Below are positions 26,785-37,963 of a DNA stretch of 64,000 nt, piece by piece. The translations under genes were made by a program, and so were the position numbers. The stretch covers positions 1 to 64,000 of the forward strand of contig JAVKHQ010000016.1 of the NCBI GenBank assembly GCA_031459875.1. Reading direction: 5' to 3'. Source of the stretch: Candidatus Fervidifonticultor sextus. GTDB taxonomy: Bacteria > Sysuimicrobiota > Sysuimicrobiia > Sysuimicrobiales > Humicultoraceae. Numbering within the stretch: position 1 is the stretch's first letter; each line of letters opens with the position of its first letter. The notes beneath the pieces are model-generated. The model ran no database searches, was not told where the DNA came from, and saw only the letters and a program-made list of their open reading frames with translations.

Positions 26785-27823
26785 CGGTCAGGATCACCTT
26801 CCCCGCCTCTCCGGATTCCAACAGCGCAAACGCCTCCTCGAAGCGATCGAGGGGGAACCGGTGGGTGATGACCGGGCGGACGTCCAGGCCGCGCCGCAGC
26901 AGGGTGGTCATCTGCTCCCAGGTCTGCCAGAGCCGCCGGCCGAAGATGCCCTCGACGCGCACGGCCTTGAAGATCACCCGATTGGCCAGATCGAGCTCCA
27001 CCGGCCCCGGCGGCAGTCCCAGCAGGCCGACCCATCCACCGCTGCGGACGGCCTGTAGCGCATCCCGAATGCCGTCGGGATGGCCCGACATCTCCAGGAC
27101 CGCATCGACGCCCTGTCCGTCCGTCGCCGCCCTGATCCGGTCGGCCGCGCCCCCCGCGCGCGCATCCACCACCACGTCGGCGCCCATCCGCGCCGCCAGG
27201 GCCAGACGACCGGGCCGGACATCGGTGGCGATGATCAGCGCGGCGCCGGCCGCCCGGCAGACCGGAATCGCCATCAGGCCGATGGGGCCGCACCCTGTGA
27301 TCGCCACGGTCCGGGTGACGAGCTCGGTCGCCAGGGCCGTGTGGACGGCGTTCCCCAGCGGGTCCATGACGGCCCCGATCTCCAGCGGGATCGCATCGTC
27401 CAGGCGCCAGGCGTTCTGCGCAGGCAGGACCACGTACTCGGCGAAGGCGCCGTCCCGGTCCACCCCCACGATCTCCAGGCGTTCGCAGATGTGGGCCTGA
27501 CCGTGGCGGCAGCGGCTGCACCACCCGCAGGTGATGTGACTCTCGCCGGCCACGCGGTCGCCGACGGCGACCTCGGTCACGTCGTCGCCGATCTCCACGA
27601 CCACGCCGGAGAACTCGTGGCCGACCACCCGCGGCGGGTGGATGCGGGAGGCCGCCCACGGGTCCCAGCGGTAGATGTGAAGGTCGGTGCCGCAGATGCC
27701 GCCGGCGGCGACGCGGACGAGAACATCGGTGCGTCCCGGCGTGGGGACCGGCACGTCGGCGATCTCGAGCCCGCGGCCGGGTGCCGTCTTGACCAGCGCG
27801 CGCATCCGGCGCGGCACTGGCAT
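26774..27823 (-). CDS. tdh: L-threonine 3-dehydrogenase
   Basis: ICGTDLHIY, GHEF, ESHITCGWCSRC, DPLGNAVHT. Confidence 0.93.
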   Translation of the reverse strand: MPVPRRMRALVKTAPGRGLEIADVPVPTPGRTDVLVRVAAGGICGTDLHIYRWDPWAASRIHPPRVVGHEFSGVVVEIGDDVTEVAVGDRVAGESHITCGWCSRCRHGQAHICERLEIVGVDRDGAFAEYVVLPAQNAWRLDDAIPLEIGAVMDPLGNAVHTALATELVTRTVAITGCGPIGLMAIPVCRAAGAALIIATDVRPGRLALAARMGADVVVDARAGGAADRIRAATDGQGVDAVLEMSGHPDGIRDALQAVRSGGWVGLLGLPPGPVELDLANRVIFKAVRVEGIFGRRLWQTWEQMTTLLRRGLDVRPVITHRFPLDRFEEAFALLESGEAGKVILTVEP

Positions 27824-27893
27824 GGTGCCCTCCACGGCAGAGGCGACCCTGCTTCCCGGCTGCGTCACACCCCAGGGCTTCGACGCCGTGCGC

Positions 27894-27927
27894 GGGGGAC
27901 TCCTGCGCCCGGGGGACTCCTGCGCCC
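27894..27927. repeat. Perfect 17-bp tandem duplication GGGGGACTCCTGCGCCC x2
   Basis: Read directly in the intergenic region upstream of tdh. Confidence 0.9.
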
Positions 27928-28032
27928 GGGCGAGACCGCAGGTTACAGCGACGTGACGGGCTCGTGACGAACCCGACATGTGCCGGCGGAAGGATTCACG
28001 TACATCGACGCGGGAACCATGGGGGTGGTCCT

Positions 28033-28521
28033 GTGAGGTACCTGGCTCTGGCCCTCCTGCTGATCGCGACCGCCGGCACGGTGCCGGACGCGGCCCTGGG
28101 ACAGGGATACGGTGGGGGCGGTGGGGGTGGTGAGGGCCCCGGAGGCGGCGCCACCCCGTCCCCGGCGGCCGCCGGCGATCTGCGGGCCCAACTGCGCACG
28201 GCCCTCACGCATGCGGCCAACGCCGCGGCCTCCGAGGCCCTCCGGGCGGCCCAGTCCCACCTGACGCACGTGGTCAACTGCCTGGAAGGCCAAAGAGGGC
28301 GCAACTACGTCCAGACCGAACTGAACCCCTGCCAGGGCCAGGGGAACGGCATCCTTGCGGACCTGCGCGCCGTCCGCGACGGCGGGGCCTGGATGCCCGT
28401 GGCCGAGACGGCGGCCGATCTGGCGTTGCGCGGGTCGAAGATGGGCGACCTGGCGGCCGCGCGGGCTGCCGCTCACGGCGTGGCGGCCCTGCTGGGGACG
28501 ATCAATGACCACGTCAGGTAG
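28033..28521 (+). CDS. Secreted hypothetical protein with Gly-rich linker and two Cys
   Basis: Signal peptide VRYLALALLLIATAG, GGGGGGGEG linker, HVVNCLEG..NPCQG. Confidence 0.7.
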   Translation: MRYLALALLLIATAGTVPDAALGQGYGGGGGGGEGPGGGATPSPAAAGDLRAQLRTALTHAANAAASEALRAAQSHLTHVVNCLEGQRGRNYVQTELNPCQGQGNGILADLRAVRDGGAWMPVAETAADLALRGSKMGDLAAARAAAHGVAALLGTINDHVR

Positions 28522-28550
28522 GTCGTCGTCCTGACGAGACAGGAGGTCGC

Positions 28551-28955
28551 ATGCGCACGCTCATCCACCCCCTCATCGTGCACTTTCCCATCGCCCTGTG
28601 GTTGACGAGCGCGCTGTTCGACGTCTTCTTCCTGCGCGGCGGCGAACGGTTCTACTTCCGGGCCTCCCAGATCCTGATCGGGGTGGGCCTGCTGGGCGCT
28701 GTGGCCTCCGTAATCTCCGGCTACTACGACTACATCCCGCTGGTGGCTGAGGGGGTCGGACAGGCCTTCGTGGACCGGCACAAGGGGCACCAGGCCGTCT
28801 CGCTGGCCGCCACCGCCGTCTACGCCGCGAGCTTCCTGATGCGCTGGCGCCGCCCGCAGGCCGCCAGGGGCTGGCTGGTCGGCCTCATGGTGGTCGGCGC
28901 GGCCCTGACGGCGCTGACCGGCTGGCTGGGCGGAGAGCTGCGCCTGGTGATGTGA
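28551..28955 (+). CDS. DUF2231-type membrane protein
   Basis: HPLIVHFPIAL, four TM helices, [17 protein letters not shown]. Confidence 0.8.
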   Translation: MRTLIHPLIVHFPIALWLTSALFDVFFLRGGERFYFRASQILIGVGLLGAVASVISGYYDYIPLVAEGVGQAFVDRHKGHQAVSLAATAVYAASFLMRWRRPQAARGWLVGLMVVGAALTALTGWLGGELRLVM

Positions 28956-28957
28956 CC

Positions 28958-29680
28958 ATGGCCGCCTCTGCCCGTATCCTGGTCGTGGACGACGAGCCGC
29001 ACATCGTCGAACTGGTGCGCTACAACCTCCTGCAGGAAGGCTACGATGTCCTGGCCGCTGGGGACGGTGAGACCGCGCTGGCGAAGGTCCGCAGCGACCG
29101 GCCGGACCTGGTCATCCTGGACATCATGTTGCCGGGCCTCGACGGCCTGGAAGTCTGCCGGCGCCTGCGCCGCGAGTCCGCGGTCCCGATCATCATGCTG
29201 ACGGCCAAGGGCGGGGAACTGGAACGGGTCGTCGGCCTGGAGGTCGGCGCCGACGACTACGTCACCAAGCCGTTCAGCCCGCGGGAACTCGTGGCGCGGG
29301 TCCGCGCGGTCCTGCGCCGCCGCGTGCGGGAGGTCGCCCCGCCCAGCACCGAGCCGATCCGCATCGGCGCGCTGTCCATCGACCCCACCACCCGCGAAGT
29401 CCGATTGGGCGGCCGGGCGGTGGACCTCACCGCCCGCGAGTTCGACCTCCTGTGGCTGTTGATGCGCCATCCCAACCGGGTCTTCACCCGGGACTTCCTG
29501 CTCGAGCACCTGTGGGGATACGACTTCTACGGGAGCACGCGCACGGTGGACATGCACATCAGCCGCCTGCGCGAGAAGATCGAGGACGATCCGGGGCAGC
29601 CGACCTACATCGTGACCGTGCGCGGGGTGGGTTACAAGCTCCGCGGCGCCGAGCCCTCCAGGCAGAAGGTGCGGTCATGA
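28958..29680 (+). CDS. OmpR/PhoB family response regulator
   Basis: VVDDE, LDIMLP, GADDYVTKPF, RTVDMHISRLREK, TVRGVGY. Confidence 0.95.
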   Translation: MAASARILVVDDEPHIVELVRYNLLQEGYDVLAAGDGETALAKVRSDRPDLVILDIMLPGLDGLEVCRRLRRESAVPIIMLTAKGGELERVVGLEVGADDYVTKPFSPRELVARVRAVLRRRVREVAPPSTEPIRIGALSIDPTTREVRLGGRAVDLTAREFDLLWLLMRHPNRVFTRDFLLEHLWGYDFYGSTRTVDMHISRLREKIEDDPGQPTYIVTVRGVGYKLRGAEPSRQKVRS

Positions 29681-31416
29681 GGCCGCGCTCGATCCGCGCC
29701 CGCCTGGTCACCTCATACCTGGTGCTCGTCTCGGTCTGCCTCATCGTGGTGGCGACCTTCGTCACCTGGCGGCTGCAGTTTCAGTACATGAGCTACTACC
29801 GGCGGGTGGTCTCGGCGCAGGCCCTACTGATCGGCCGCATGCTGGCGGCCTATGTCCGTGAGGAGCAGACCACCCCCGGCCGCCTGGAGGCCATCGCCCA
29901 GGAGTTCCGCTGGCGCCAGGACGCCAGGATCCGTGTGCTGGATCCGGCCGCTGCTGCCGCGCAGGGGCAGGCGGGGGCCGGGGAACTGGCGGCGGCCGTC
30001 GCCGGGCGCAAGGCGGCGGACGCGGTGCGCGCCGACGTCGACGGTGGGGTCCGCATCTTCGCGGCGGCCCCGGTCATGGTGGGCGAGAAGCCGGTCGGCG
30101 TCGTCCAGGTCTCGGTCCCCACGCGGTGGGTGTGGGTCCAGCTCCAGGGCATGCTGCCCTGGCTGGGGGCGGCGCTGCTGCTCGGGCTGGTGGCGGCCTG
30201 GGCGGTGGGGACGCGGCTGGCGCGCAGCCTGGCCGAGCCCATCGACGAGTTGACCCGCGTGGCTTCGCAGATGAGCGCCGGAGACCTGACCACGACCGTG
30301 CAGCCGCGGGGGACCGATGAAATCGTCCGCCTGGGCGAGATGTTCAACGCCATGGCCGAGCGCCTGGCCGGGACCATCCAGACGCTGTCGGCGGAACGGA
30401 CCAAGCTGGAGGCCATCGTCTCCGGCATGGTCGACGGCGTCATCGCTGCCGACCGCCGCGGGGAGATCATCCTCGCCAACCGGGCGGCCGCCGAGTTGCT
30501 GGGGCTGTCTCCGGCCGGCGCCCACGGACCCTGGCCCCGGGTGACGGGCCAGCGGCTGCAGGGGATCCTCCACGAGGCGGCGACCTTCGGTCGGGTCAGC
30601 GCCGAAGAACTCCCGCCGTCCGAGACCGGAGAGCGCCTGGTCGAGGTCCACTGCGCACCGATCCGCGATGAGACCGGCCAGCCGACGGGCGCGGTGGCCG
30701 TCCTGCGCGACGTCACCGACCTGCGGCGGCTGGAACGCGCGCGGCGCGAACTGACGGCGAACGTCTCGCACGAACTGCGCACGCCGCTCACCTCCATCAA
30801 GGGCTTCGTCGAGACGCTGCTGGGCGGCGCGATGCGCGACGAAGCCGCGGCACGCCGCTTCCTGGAGATCATCAGCAAGGAGACCAACCGTCTGGTCAAA
30901 CTCACCGACGACCTGCTGGACCTCTCGCGTCTGGAGAGCAAACGGATCACCCTGGACCTCCAGCAGGTCCGTGTCGGCGAGGTGGTGGCGGACACCGTGG
31001 CCAAGATGCAGCCGCTGGCGGGCCGCCGGGCCCTGGAACTGCGCGCCGGGGAGCAGCACGTCACCGTGCTCGCCGACCGCGACCGGCTGGCCCAGGTCCT
31101 CACCAACCTGCTGGACAACGCCATCAAGTTCACGCCCGACCACGGGACCATTGCGGTGGGCTGGCGCATCCTGAACGGCGAGGTGGAGATCGAGGTGGCC
31201 GACACCGGACCGGGAATCTCCCCGGCCGATCTGCCCCACGTCTTCGAGCGGTTCTACAAGGCGGATCGCGCGCGGCCCGCCACTCCCGGCGGCAGCGGGC
31301 TGGGACTGGCCATCACCAAGCACATCGTGGAGGCGCATGGCGGCCGCATCCGCGTGGCCAGCGCACCCGGCGCCGGCACCACCTTCGCCTTCACGCTGCC
31401 GCGCGACACCGACTGA
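29677..31416 (+). CDS. HAMP-PAS sensor histidine kinase (PhoR/WalK-like)
   Basis: Two TMs, HAMP, NVSHELRTPLT, NLLDNAIK, DTGPGI, GSGLGL. Confidence 0.95.
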   Translation: MRPRSIRARLVTSYLVLVSVCLIVVATFVTWRLQFQYMSYYRRVVSAQALLIGRMLAAYVREEQTTPGRLEAIAQEFRWRQDARIRVLDPAAAAAQGQAGAGELAAAVAGRKAADAVRADVDGGVRIFAAAPVMVGEKPVGVVQVSVPTRWVWVQLQGMLPWLGAALLLGLVAAWAVGTRLARSLAEPIDELTRVASQMSAGDLTTTVQPRGTDEIVRLGEMFNAMAERLAGTIQTLSAERTKLEAIVSGMVDGVIAADRRGEIILANRAAAELLGLSPAGAHGPWPRVTGQRLQGILHEAATFGRVSAEELPPSETGERLVEVHCAPIRDETGQPTGAVAVLRDVTDLRRLERARRELTANVSHELRTPLTSIKGFVETLLGGAMRDEAAARRFLEIISKETNRLVKLTDDLLDLSRLESKRITLDLQQVRVGEVVADTVAKMQPLAGRRALELRAGEQHVTVLADRDRLAQVLTNLLDNAIKFTPDHGTIAVGWRILNGEVEIEVADTGPGISPADLPHVFERFYKADRARPATPGGSGLGLAITKHIVEAHGGRIRVASAPGAGTTFAFTLPRDTD

Positions 31417-31469
31417 CCGTCGAGGGTCCGCCTCGCCCGTCCGAAGGCTTCCCGCCGCCACCTTCATGC

Positions 31470-31498
31470 TTCCCACAGCCCCGGCCCTCGTGTACACT
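31470..31498 (+). promoter_or_regulatory. Putative sigma70 promoter TTCCCA-N17-TACACT for the riboswitch-terC transcript
   Basis: Correct spacing, 7 nt upstream of the aptamer start. Confidence 0.5.
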
Positions 31499-31505
31499 GG
31501 TGGCC

Positions 31506-31610
31506 TGAAGGGGAGTAGCCTCGGAGCCTGACTCCGTGCCCGGGCCGTCAGCACGATCACGCAGGTGATCCGGCCCGGCCTTCCGCGGCATCGCGGAGGC
31601 GAGACCTTCA
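31506..31610 (+). ncRNA. yybP-ykoY manganese riboswitch
   Basis: TGAAGGGGAGTAGC...GTCAGCAC...CCGG...GGCGAGACCTTCA hallmark segments upstream of a TerC/Alx gene. Confidence 0.9.
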
Positions 31611-31651
31611 CTGCCATGCCAGAGCACGGCGGCGAAGGTCTCGCTTTTTTT
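31599..31651 (+). terminator. Riboswitch-controlled intrinsic terminator
   Basis: GCGAGACCTTC...GAAGGTCTCGC followed by T7; 5' arm shared with aptamer P1. Confidence 0.88.
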
Positions 31652-31687
31652 CATTGAGCGCGGCCTGCCGCCCAGAGGGGTCAGGCG

Positions 31688-32676
31688 ATGCCTGAGTCGA
31701 TCGGGACTCCGCTCCTGTGGGGCGGGTTCACGCTGTTCGTCGTGGCGATGCTTGCCCTCGACCTCGGGGTCTTCCACCGGAAGGCTCACGTGGTGGGGAC
31801 CCTGGAAGCGCTGGGCTGGAGCGCGTTTTGGATCCTCCTGGCGTTGCTGTTCAACCTGGGGGTCGCCCGCTGGTTCGGCCCCGAGCGCGGCCTGGAGTTC
31901 CTGACGGGCTACCTTATCGAAAAAGCCCTCAGCGTCGACAACATCTTCGTCTTCCTCGTGATCTTCTCGTATTTCTCGGTGCCGGCATCCTACCAGCACC
32001 GCGTGCTCTTCTGGGGGATCCTCGGCGCCATCATCTTCCGCGTCATCTTCATTCTCGCAGGGGCGGCGCTGCTCCAGGCCTTCCACGGCGCGATCTACGT
32101 CTTTGGCGGCCTCCTCATCTTCACGGGCGTCCGAGTCCTCCGATCCCGCGAGGACCACGTGCACCCCGAGCGCAACCCGGTGCTCGGGCTCATCCGCAGG
32201 TACGTGCCCCTGGTCCCGGCCTACCACGGGCAGAAGTTCTTCGTCCGGCTCGAAGGGCGGATCGTTGCCACGCCGCTCCTCCTCGTGCTGGCCGTCATCG
32301 AGGCCACGGACATCCTCTTCGCCGTGGATTCGATCCCGGCGATCTTCGCGGTCACCAGCGATCCCTTCATCGTCTACACGTCAAATATCTTTGCGATCCT
32401 CGGGTTGCGGGCGCTCTTCTTCCTCTTGGCTGGGGTGATAGGTCGGTTCCACTACCTCAAGGTGGGGCTGGGGATGGTCCTGGTGTTCGTCGGGGCAAAG
32501 ATGGTCGCCAGCGACATTTACCGCGTTCCCATCGGCGTGTCGCTCGCGGTGGTCGCCGCGCTCATCGGGGGCGCGGTCGTAGTCTCCCTCCTCATGCCGC
32601 CGGGCCCGGCCCCGGTTCCCGTACACGAGCACGGAGAAAGACCGGTCACGACGCCGTTCCCCGAGGACGGAACGGT

Positions 32677-32680
<4 letters not shown>
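31688..32680 (+). CDS. alx: TerC/Alx family membrane protein (Mn-responsive)
   Basis: GYLIEKALSVDNIFVF, QHRVLFWGI, DILFAVDSIPAIFAVT, TSNIFAILGLR. Confidence 0.9.
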
Positions 32681-33387
<707 letters not shown>

Positions 33388-33398
33388 GGCCAGGTCCT

Positions 33399-34181
<783 letters not shown>

Positions 34182-34182
34182 G

Positions 34183-35484
34183 TCAGGCCGGCCCTCCTGC
34201 CACAGCGGCCTCCGAGGCCTTCTCCTTGGCTTCCTCCAGTTCCATGCGCCGGCGCACCGAGGGAAGGATGCCCTGCTGGCGGAAGATCATCATGAGGATC
34301 AGGATGACCCCGAACACCATCCGCTCATACTTGGCGGGCTCCAGCTGCGTCGGCAGGTCCGCCAGCCGGTAGCCCAGGATCGTCACCCCGGCGGCCTTCC
34401 ACGAGTTGAGCGTCAGGGAGATCTGCTTGAGGACCTGCAGGTTGAGGATGGTCACGGCGCTGGCGCCCAGGATCGCACCCGGGATGCTGCCCATCCCGCC
34501 CAGGATGATCATGGCCAGGACGCCGATGGACTCCATGAAGGTGAAGCTCTCCGGATTGATGAAGAGCTGCTTGCTGGCGAACAGCACCCCCATGGCGCCG
34601 GCGAAGGACGCCCCGGCCGCAAAGGCCAGGAGTTTGGTCCGCACCAGGGGGATCCCCATGGCGATGGCGGCAGCCTCGTCCTCGCGGATCGCCTCCCAGG
34701 CGCGGCCGATGTGCGAGTCCTTGAAGCGCTGCGTCACGACGATCACCACAGCGACGACCAGGAGGACCAGGAAGTAGAAGTACAACGGGTACAGGAAGGC
34801 CGGCGCAGTCGAGACGCCGAGCCGCTCCAGGACCGGCGCGAAGAACAGCGGCGGCCGGCCCACCGGCGTGATCCCGATCGGCCCGTTGGTGATGTTGATG
34901 GGCTTGTCCAGGTTGTTGGCCAGGACCCGGATGACCTCCCCGAACCCCAGGGTGACGATGGCCAGGTAGTCGCCCCGCACCCGCAGGACCGGCAGGCCCA
35001 GCAGGACCCCGGTGATCGCCGCCGTGCACACGGCCAGCAACAGGAAGACGAAGAACCACCAGCCGCCCAGCGGGAAGATGCCTGTTGCCGCCGGCCAGAT
35101 CTTCAACGCCTGAGGGGAGCCGAACACGGCCCACGTGTAGGCTCCGACGGCATAGAACGCCACGTACCCCAGGTCCAGGAGGCCGGCGAGCCCCACCACG
35201 ATGTTCAACCCCAGGGCCAGCGCCACGAAGATGCCGATCTGGGTGGCCACCTCCAGGTAGAAGGTGTTCCGGGTGCCCAGGTAGGGCATCAGGAAGGCCA
35301 GCACGCCGACTGCGCCCAGCATCCGAAACCATGCCGGCAGCCGGACGCCAAAGAGCAGCAGGAGCGATCCCAAAAACAGCAGGAAGGCGGGCAGCGACCG
35401 GGGGAGCGTCTGGACCAGCAAGGCCGTCACCGCAATGTAGGCGGCCACCAGGAGCATGCGGGAGAGCGCGCTAGAGTTTCTCAC
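34183..35484 (-). CDS. livM: Liv ABC permease
   Basis: GLLDLGYVAFYAVGAY, RGDYLAIVTLGFGE, GRAWEAIREDE. Confidence 0.92.
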   Translation of the reverse strand: MRNSSALSRMLLVAAYIAVTALLVQTLPRSLPAFLLFLGSLLLLFGVRLPAWFRMLGAVGVLAFLMPYLGTRNTFYLEVATQIGIFVALALGLNIVVGLAGLLDLGYVAFYAVGAYTWAVFGSPQALKIWPAATGIFPLGGWWFFVFLLLAVCTAAITGVLLGLPVLRVRGDYLAIVTLGFGEVIRVLANNLDKPINITNGPIGITPVGRPPLFFAPVLERLGVSTAPAFLYPLYFYFLVLLVVAVVIVVTQRFKDSHIGRAWEAIREDEAAAIAMGIPLVRTKLLAFAAGASFAGAMGVLFASKQLFINPESFTFMESIGVLAMIILGGMGSIPGAILGASAVTILNLQVLKQISLTLNSWKAAGVTILGYRLADLPTQLEPAKYERMVFGVILILMMIFRQQGILPSVRRRMELEEAKEKASEAAVAGGPA

Positions 35485-36442
35485 GGACGACCTCCCCCAG
35501 CAGCCCGCGCGGCCGGAACATCAGGATGAGGATCAGGACCGTGAACGCGAAGATGTCCTTGTACTCGGCGCCGAAGGCCCCCCCGGTCAGCAGCGACATG
35601 TACGACGCGGCGAAGGTCTCCAGCATCCCCAGCACCAGGCCGCCCACCATGGCGCCGGGCACGTTGCCGATGCCGCCCAGCACCGCCGCGGTGAACGCCT
35701 TGATGCCGGGGATGAACCCGGTGTAGGGGTTGATGGTCCCAAACTGCACGCCGAACAGCGCCCCGGCGGCGCCGCCCATCATGCCCCCGATCAGGAAGGT
35801 GAGCGAGATCATCTGGCCCACGTTGATCCCCATGAGGCCCGCCGTGGCCTGGTCCTCGGCCACGGCGCGGATCGCCGTCCCGACCTTCGTCCGGTTCACA
35901 AAGAGGGTGAGCACCATCAGCATGAGGACCGAGGCGATGACGATCAGGATGGACTTCACGGAAATGTCCACATCCCCCGCAAGCACGATCCGGGCATCGA
36001 AGAACGCGATAGACGGGTACGTCAGGTAGAAGGCGTTCCGCCACAGGCTCTCGGCCAGGCGGATCGCATCCTGCAGGAAGAACGAGACGCCGATGGCGGA
36101 GATCAGGGGGATGAGGCGTGGCGCCCCCCGCAGAGGCCGGTAGGCGACGCGCTCGACGGCCACAGCCAGCGCGCCGCTGGCGAGCATGGCGACGACCAGG
36201 ATGATGGCCAGCAGCACCAGGGGGTGGAATCCCGCCAGCACTCCCCTCGCCTGCATCAGGAGCAGGATCTCGGCGCCCACGAACGCCCCGGTCACGAAGA
36301 TCTCGCTGTGGGCGAAGTTGATCATCTGGAGCACGCCGTAGACCATGGTGTAGCCCAGGGCGATCATGGCGTAGACGAAGCCCAGGACCAGCCCGTCCAC
36401 CACCACGGTGGGGAAGATCCCGATGAGGACGTTCCACTCCAC
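35471..36442 (-). CDS. livH: Liv ABC permease
   Basis: ALGYTMVYG, INFAH, KAFTAAVLGGIG. Confidence 0.92.
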   Translation of the reverse strand: MEWNVLIGIFPTVVVDGLVLGFVYAMIALGYTMVYGVLQMINFAHSEIFVTGAFVGAEILLLMQARGVLAGFHPLVLLAIILVVAMLASGALAVAVERVAYRPLRGAPRLIPLISAIGVSFFLQDAIRLAESLWRNAFYLTYPSIAFFDARIVLAGDVDISVKSILIVIASVLMLMVLTLFVNRTKVGTAIRAVAEDQATAGLMGINVGQMISLTFLIGGMMGGAAGALFGVQFGTINPYTGFIPGIKAFTAAVLGGIGNVPGAMVGGLVLGMLETFAASYMSLLTGGAFGAEYKDIFAFTVLILILMFRPRGLLGEVVREKL

Positions 36443-36520
36443 GCGCCTATGCCACCTTCAGCGGCCCTCTATTCACCGCGGCGCCGCCTCGGCCCTCTCC
36501 ACCACGCCCGGGACACAGAC

Positions 36521-36547
36521 GAAAGGAGGGGCCGGTGCGGCCCCTCC
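36521..36547 (-). terminator. Stem-loop / weak terminator after the SBP gene
   Basis: 10-bp perfect stem GGAGGGGCCG/CGGCCCCTCC followed by TTTC on the minus strand. Confidence 0.55.
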
Positions 36548-36583
36548 CTATGAAGCCGGCTGGCAACCGACCAGCCCCCTGCC

Positions 36584-37795
36584 CTACATCCCGGCGGCCG
36601 GTGGATTGATGTTGAGCGTCTTGATGAGCTTGTTGGCCCCCCACTTCGCCGGGTCAGGGGAGACGATGTTGATCACGAAATAGACGGCCGGCACCGGGTC
36701 ACCCTTGGCATCGAAGGTGAAGGTACCCGTCAGGCCCGGGAAGTTCTTGGTCTTGTGGATCTCGTTGGTGACCGCCTCCCGGGTGGGCTTGTTGCCGCCG
36801 GCCGCCTTGATGGCGCGCTCCAGGGCCGCCAGGCCGATGGTCGTGGCGTCGTACGCCTGTGCCGCGAACGGCTCCGGGTCCTTGCCGAACTTGGCCTTGT
36901 AGTCTTTGGCGAACTGCGCCGCCTTCGGGTAGGCCGACACCGGCCCCGCGACGGTCGTGTAGTGCATCCCGACGATCGCCTCCCCGGCGATCTTGGCCAG
37001 TTCGCTGGAATCCATGCCGTCCGGCCCCAGCAGTTTCGCCCGGACGCCCTTGGCCCGGAGCTGCTTGAAGAAGACGCCGGCCTGGTCGTAGATGCCGCCG
37101 AAGTACACCAGATCCGGGTTGCGGGCCCGAATCGGCGTGATCAGCGGGTCGAAGTTGGCCTTCTCCTCGGTGCCCTCGAAGCCGACGACCCTCATCCCGA
37201 CTTTCGGGGCGTGATCGCGGAAGAACTCCGCGACCCCCTGGCCGTAGGCGGTCTTGTCGTGGATGATGTAGACGGTCTTCACCTTCATGTCCTTGGCGGC
37301 GAACTCCGCGCCCACCACGCCCTGGATGTCATCGCGCCCGACCACCCGGAAAACGTTCTTGAGCTTGCGGTCGGTGATCTTCGGGTTGGTGTTGGCGGGT
37401 GAGATCATGGCCAGCATGCTGTCCTTGTAGACCTCGGACGACGGGATCGCGACGCCCGAGTTCAGGTGGCCGATGACCAGCAGGATGTCCGGATCGGTAA
37501 CCAGGTTCTTGGCATTCGCCACGCCGACGTCGGGCTTGGCCTGGTCGTCAAACGGCACGAGTTCCAGGTCGAACCCCAGGGCCTTGATCGGCCCCCCCTT
37601 CTGCTCCAGGGCCAGCTGCGCGCCGTTCTTGATCCCCTCGCCCAGTGCGGCCTGCCCGCCGGACAGCGGGCTCTGGGTGGCGATCTTGATCTTGCCCTTC
37701 ATGGCCGCGGCATGCACCGGCACCTGGGCCGGCTGGGCCAGCCCCGCCAGTGCCACGAGGGTCAGGACCGTCAGCAGTGTACACAGACGCTTCAC
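36584..37795 (-). CDS. livJ: Liv ABC substrate-binding protein
   Basis: Signal peptide, IKIATQSPLSG, GHLNSG, SPANTNP, GRDDIQG, AYDA. Confidence 0.88.
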   Translation of the reverse strand: MKRLCTLLTVLTLVALAGLAQPAQVPVHAAAMKGKIKIATQSPLSGGQAALGEGIKNGAQLALEQKGGPIKALGFDLELVPFDDQAKPDVGVANAKNLVTDPDILLVIGHLNSGVAIPSSEVYKDSMLAMISPANTNPKITDRKLKNVFRVVGRDDIQGVVGAEFAAKDMKVKTVYIIHDKTAYGQGVAEFFRDHAPKVGMRVVGFEGTEEKANFDPLITPIRARNPDLVYFGGIYDQAGVFFKQLRAKGVRAKLLGPDGMDSSELAKIAGEAIVGMHYTTVAGPVSAYPKAAQFAKDYKAKFGKDPEPFAAQAYDATTIGLAALERAIKAAGGNKPTREAVTNEIHKTKNFPGLTGTFTFDAKGDPVPAVYFVINIVSPDPAKWGANKLIKTLNINPPAAGM

Positions 37796-37963
37796 AGGCA
37801 TCCCCCATTGGTCGGTGATGGTGTAATGAAATTGTGCGTTCGCCGGGCGGGGGGGCACTTCCTCCTCCCCCGCCGGGCCGGGGGGTGGTCGGGCACCCCC
37901 GCGGGGCCGCAGGAACCCGGCCGCCGCCGGACAAGTCTCCACGGGGGCCCAGGGAGGACGGAT

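Noticed and set aside
37802..37960. Riboswitch (e.g. glycine) upstream of livJ or the FAD oxidase
   Set aside because: GC-rich hairpins only; no conserved aptamer motifs recognisable
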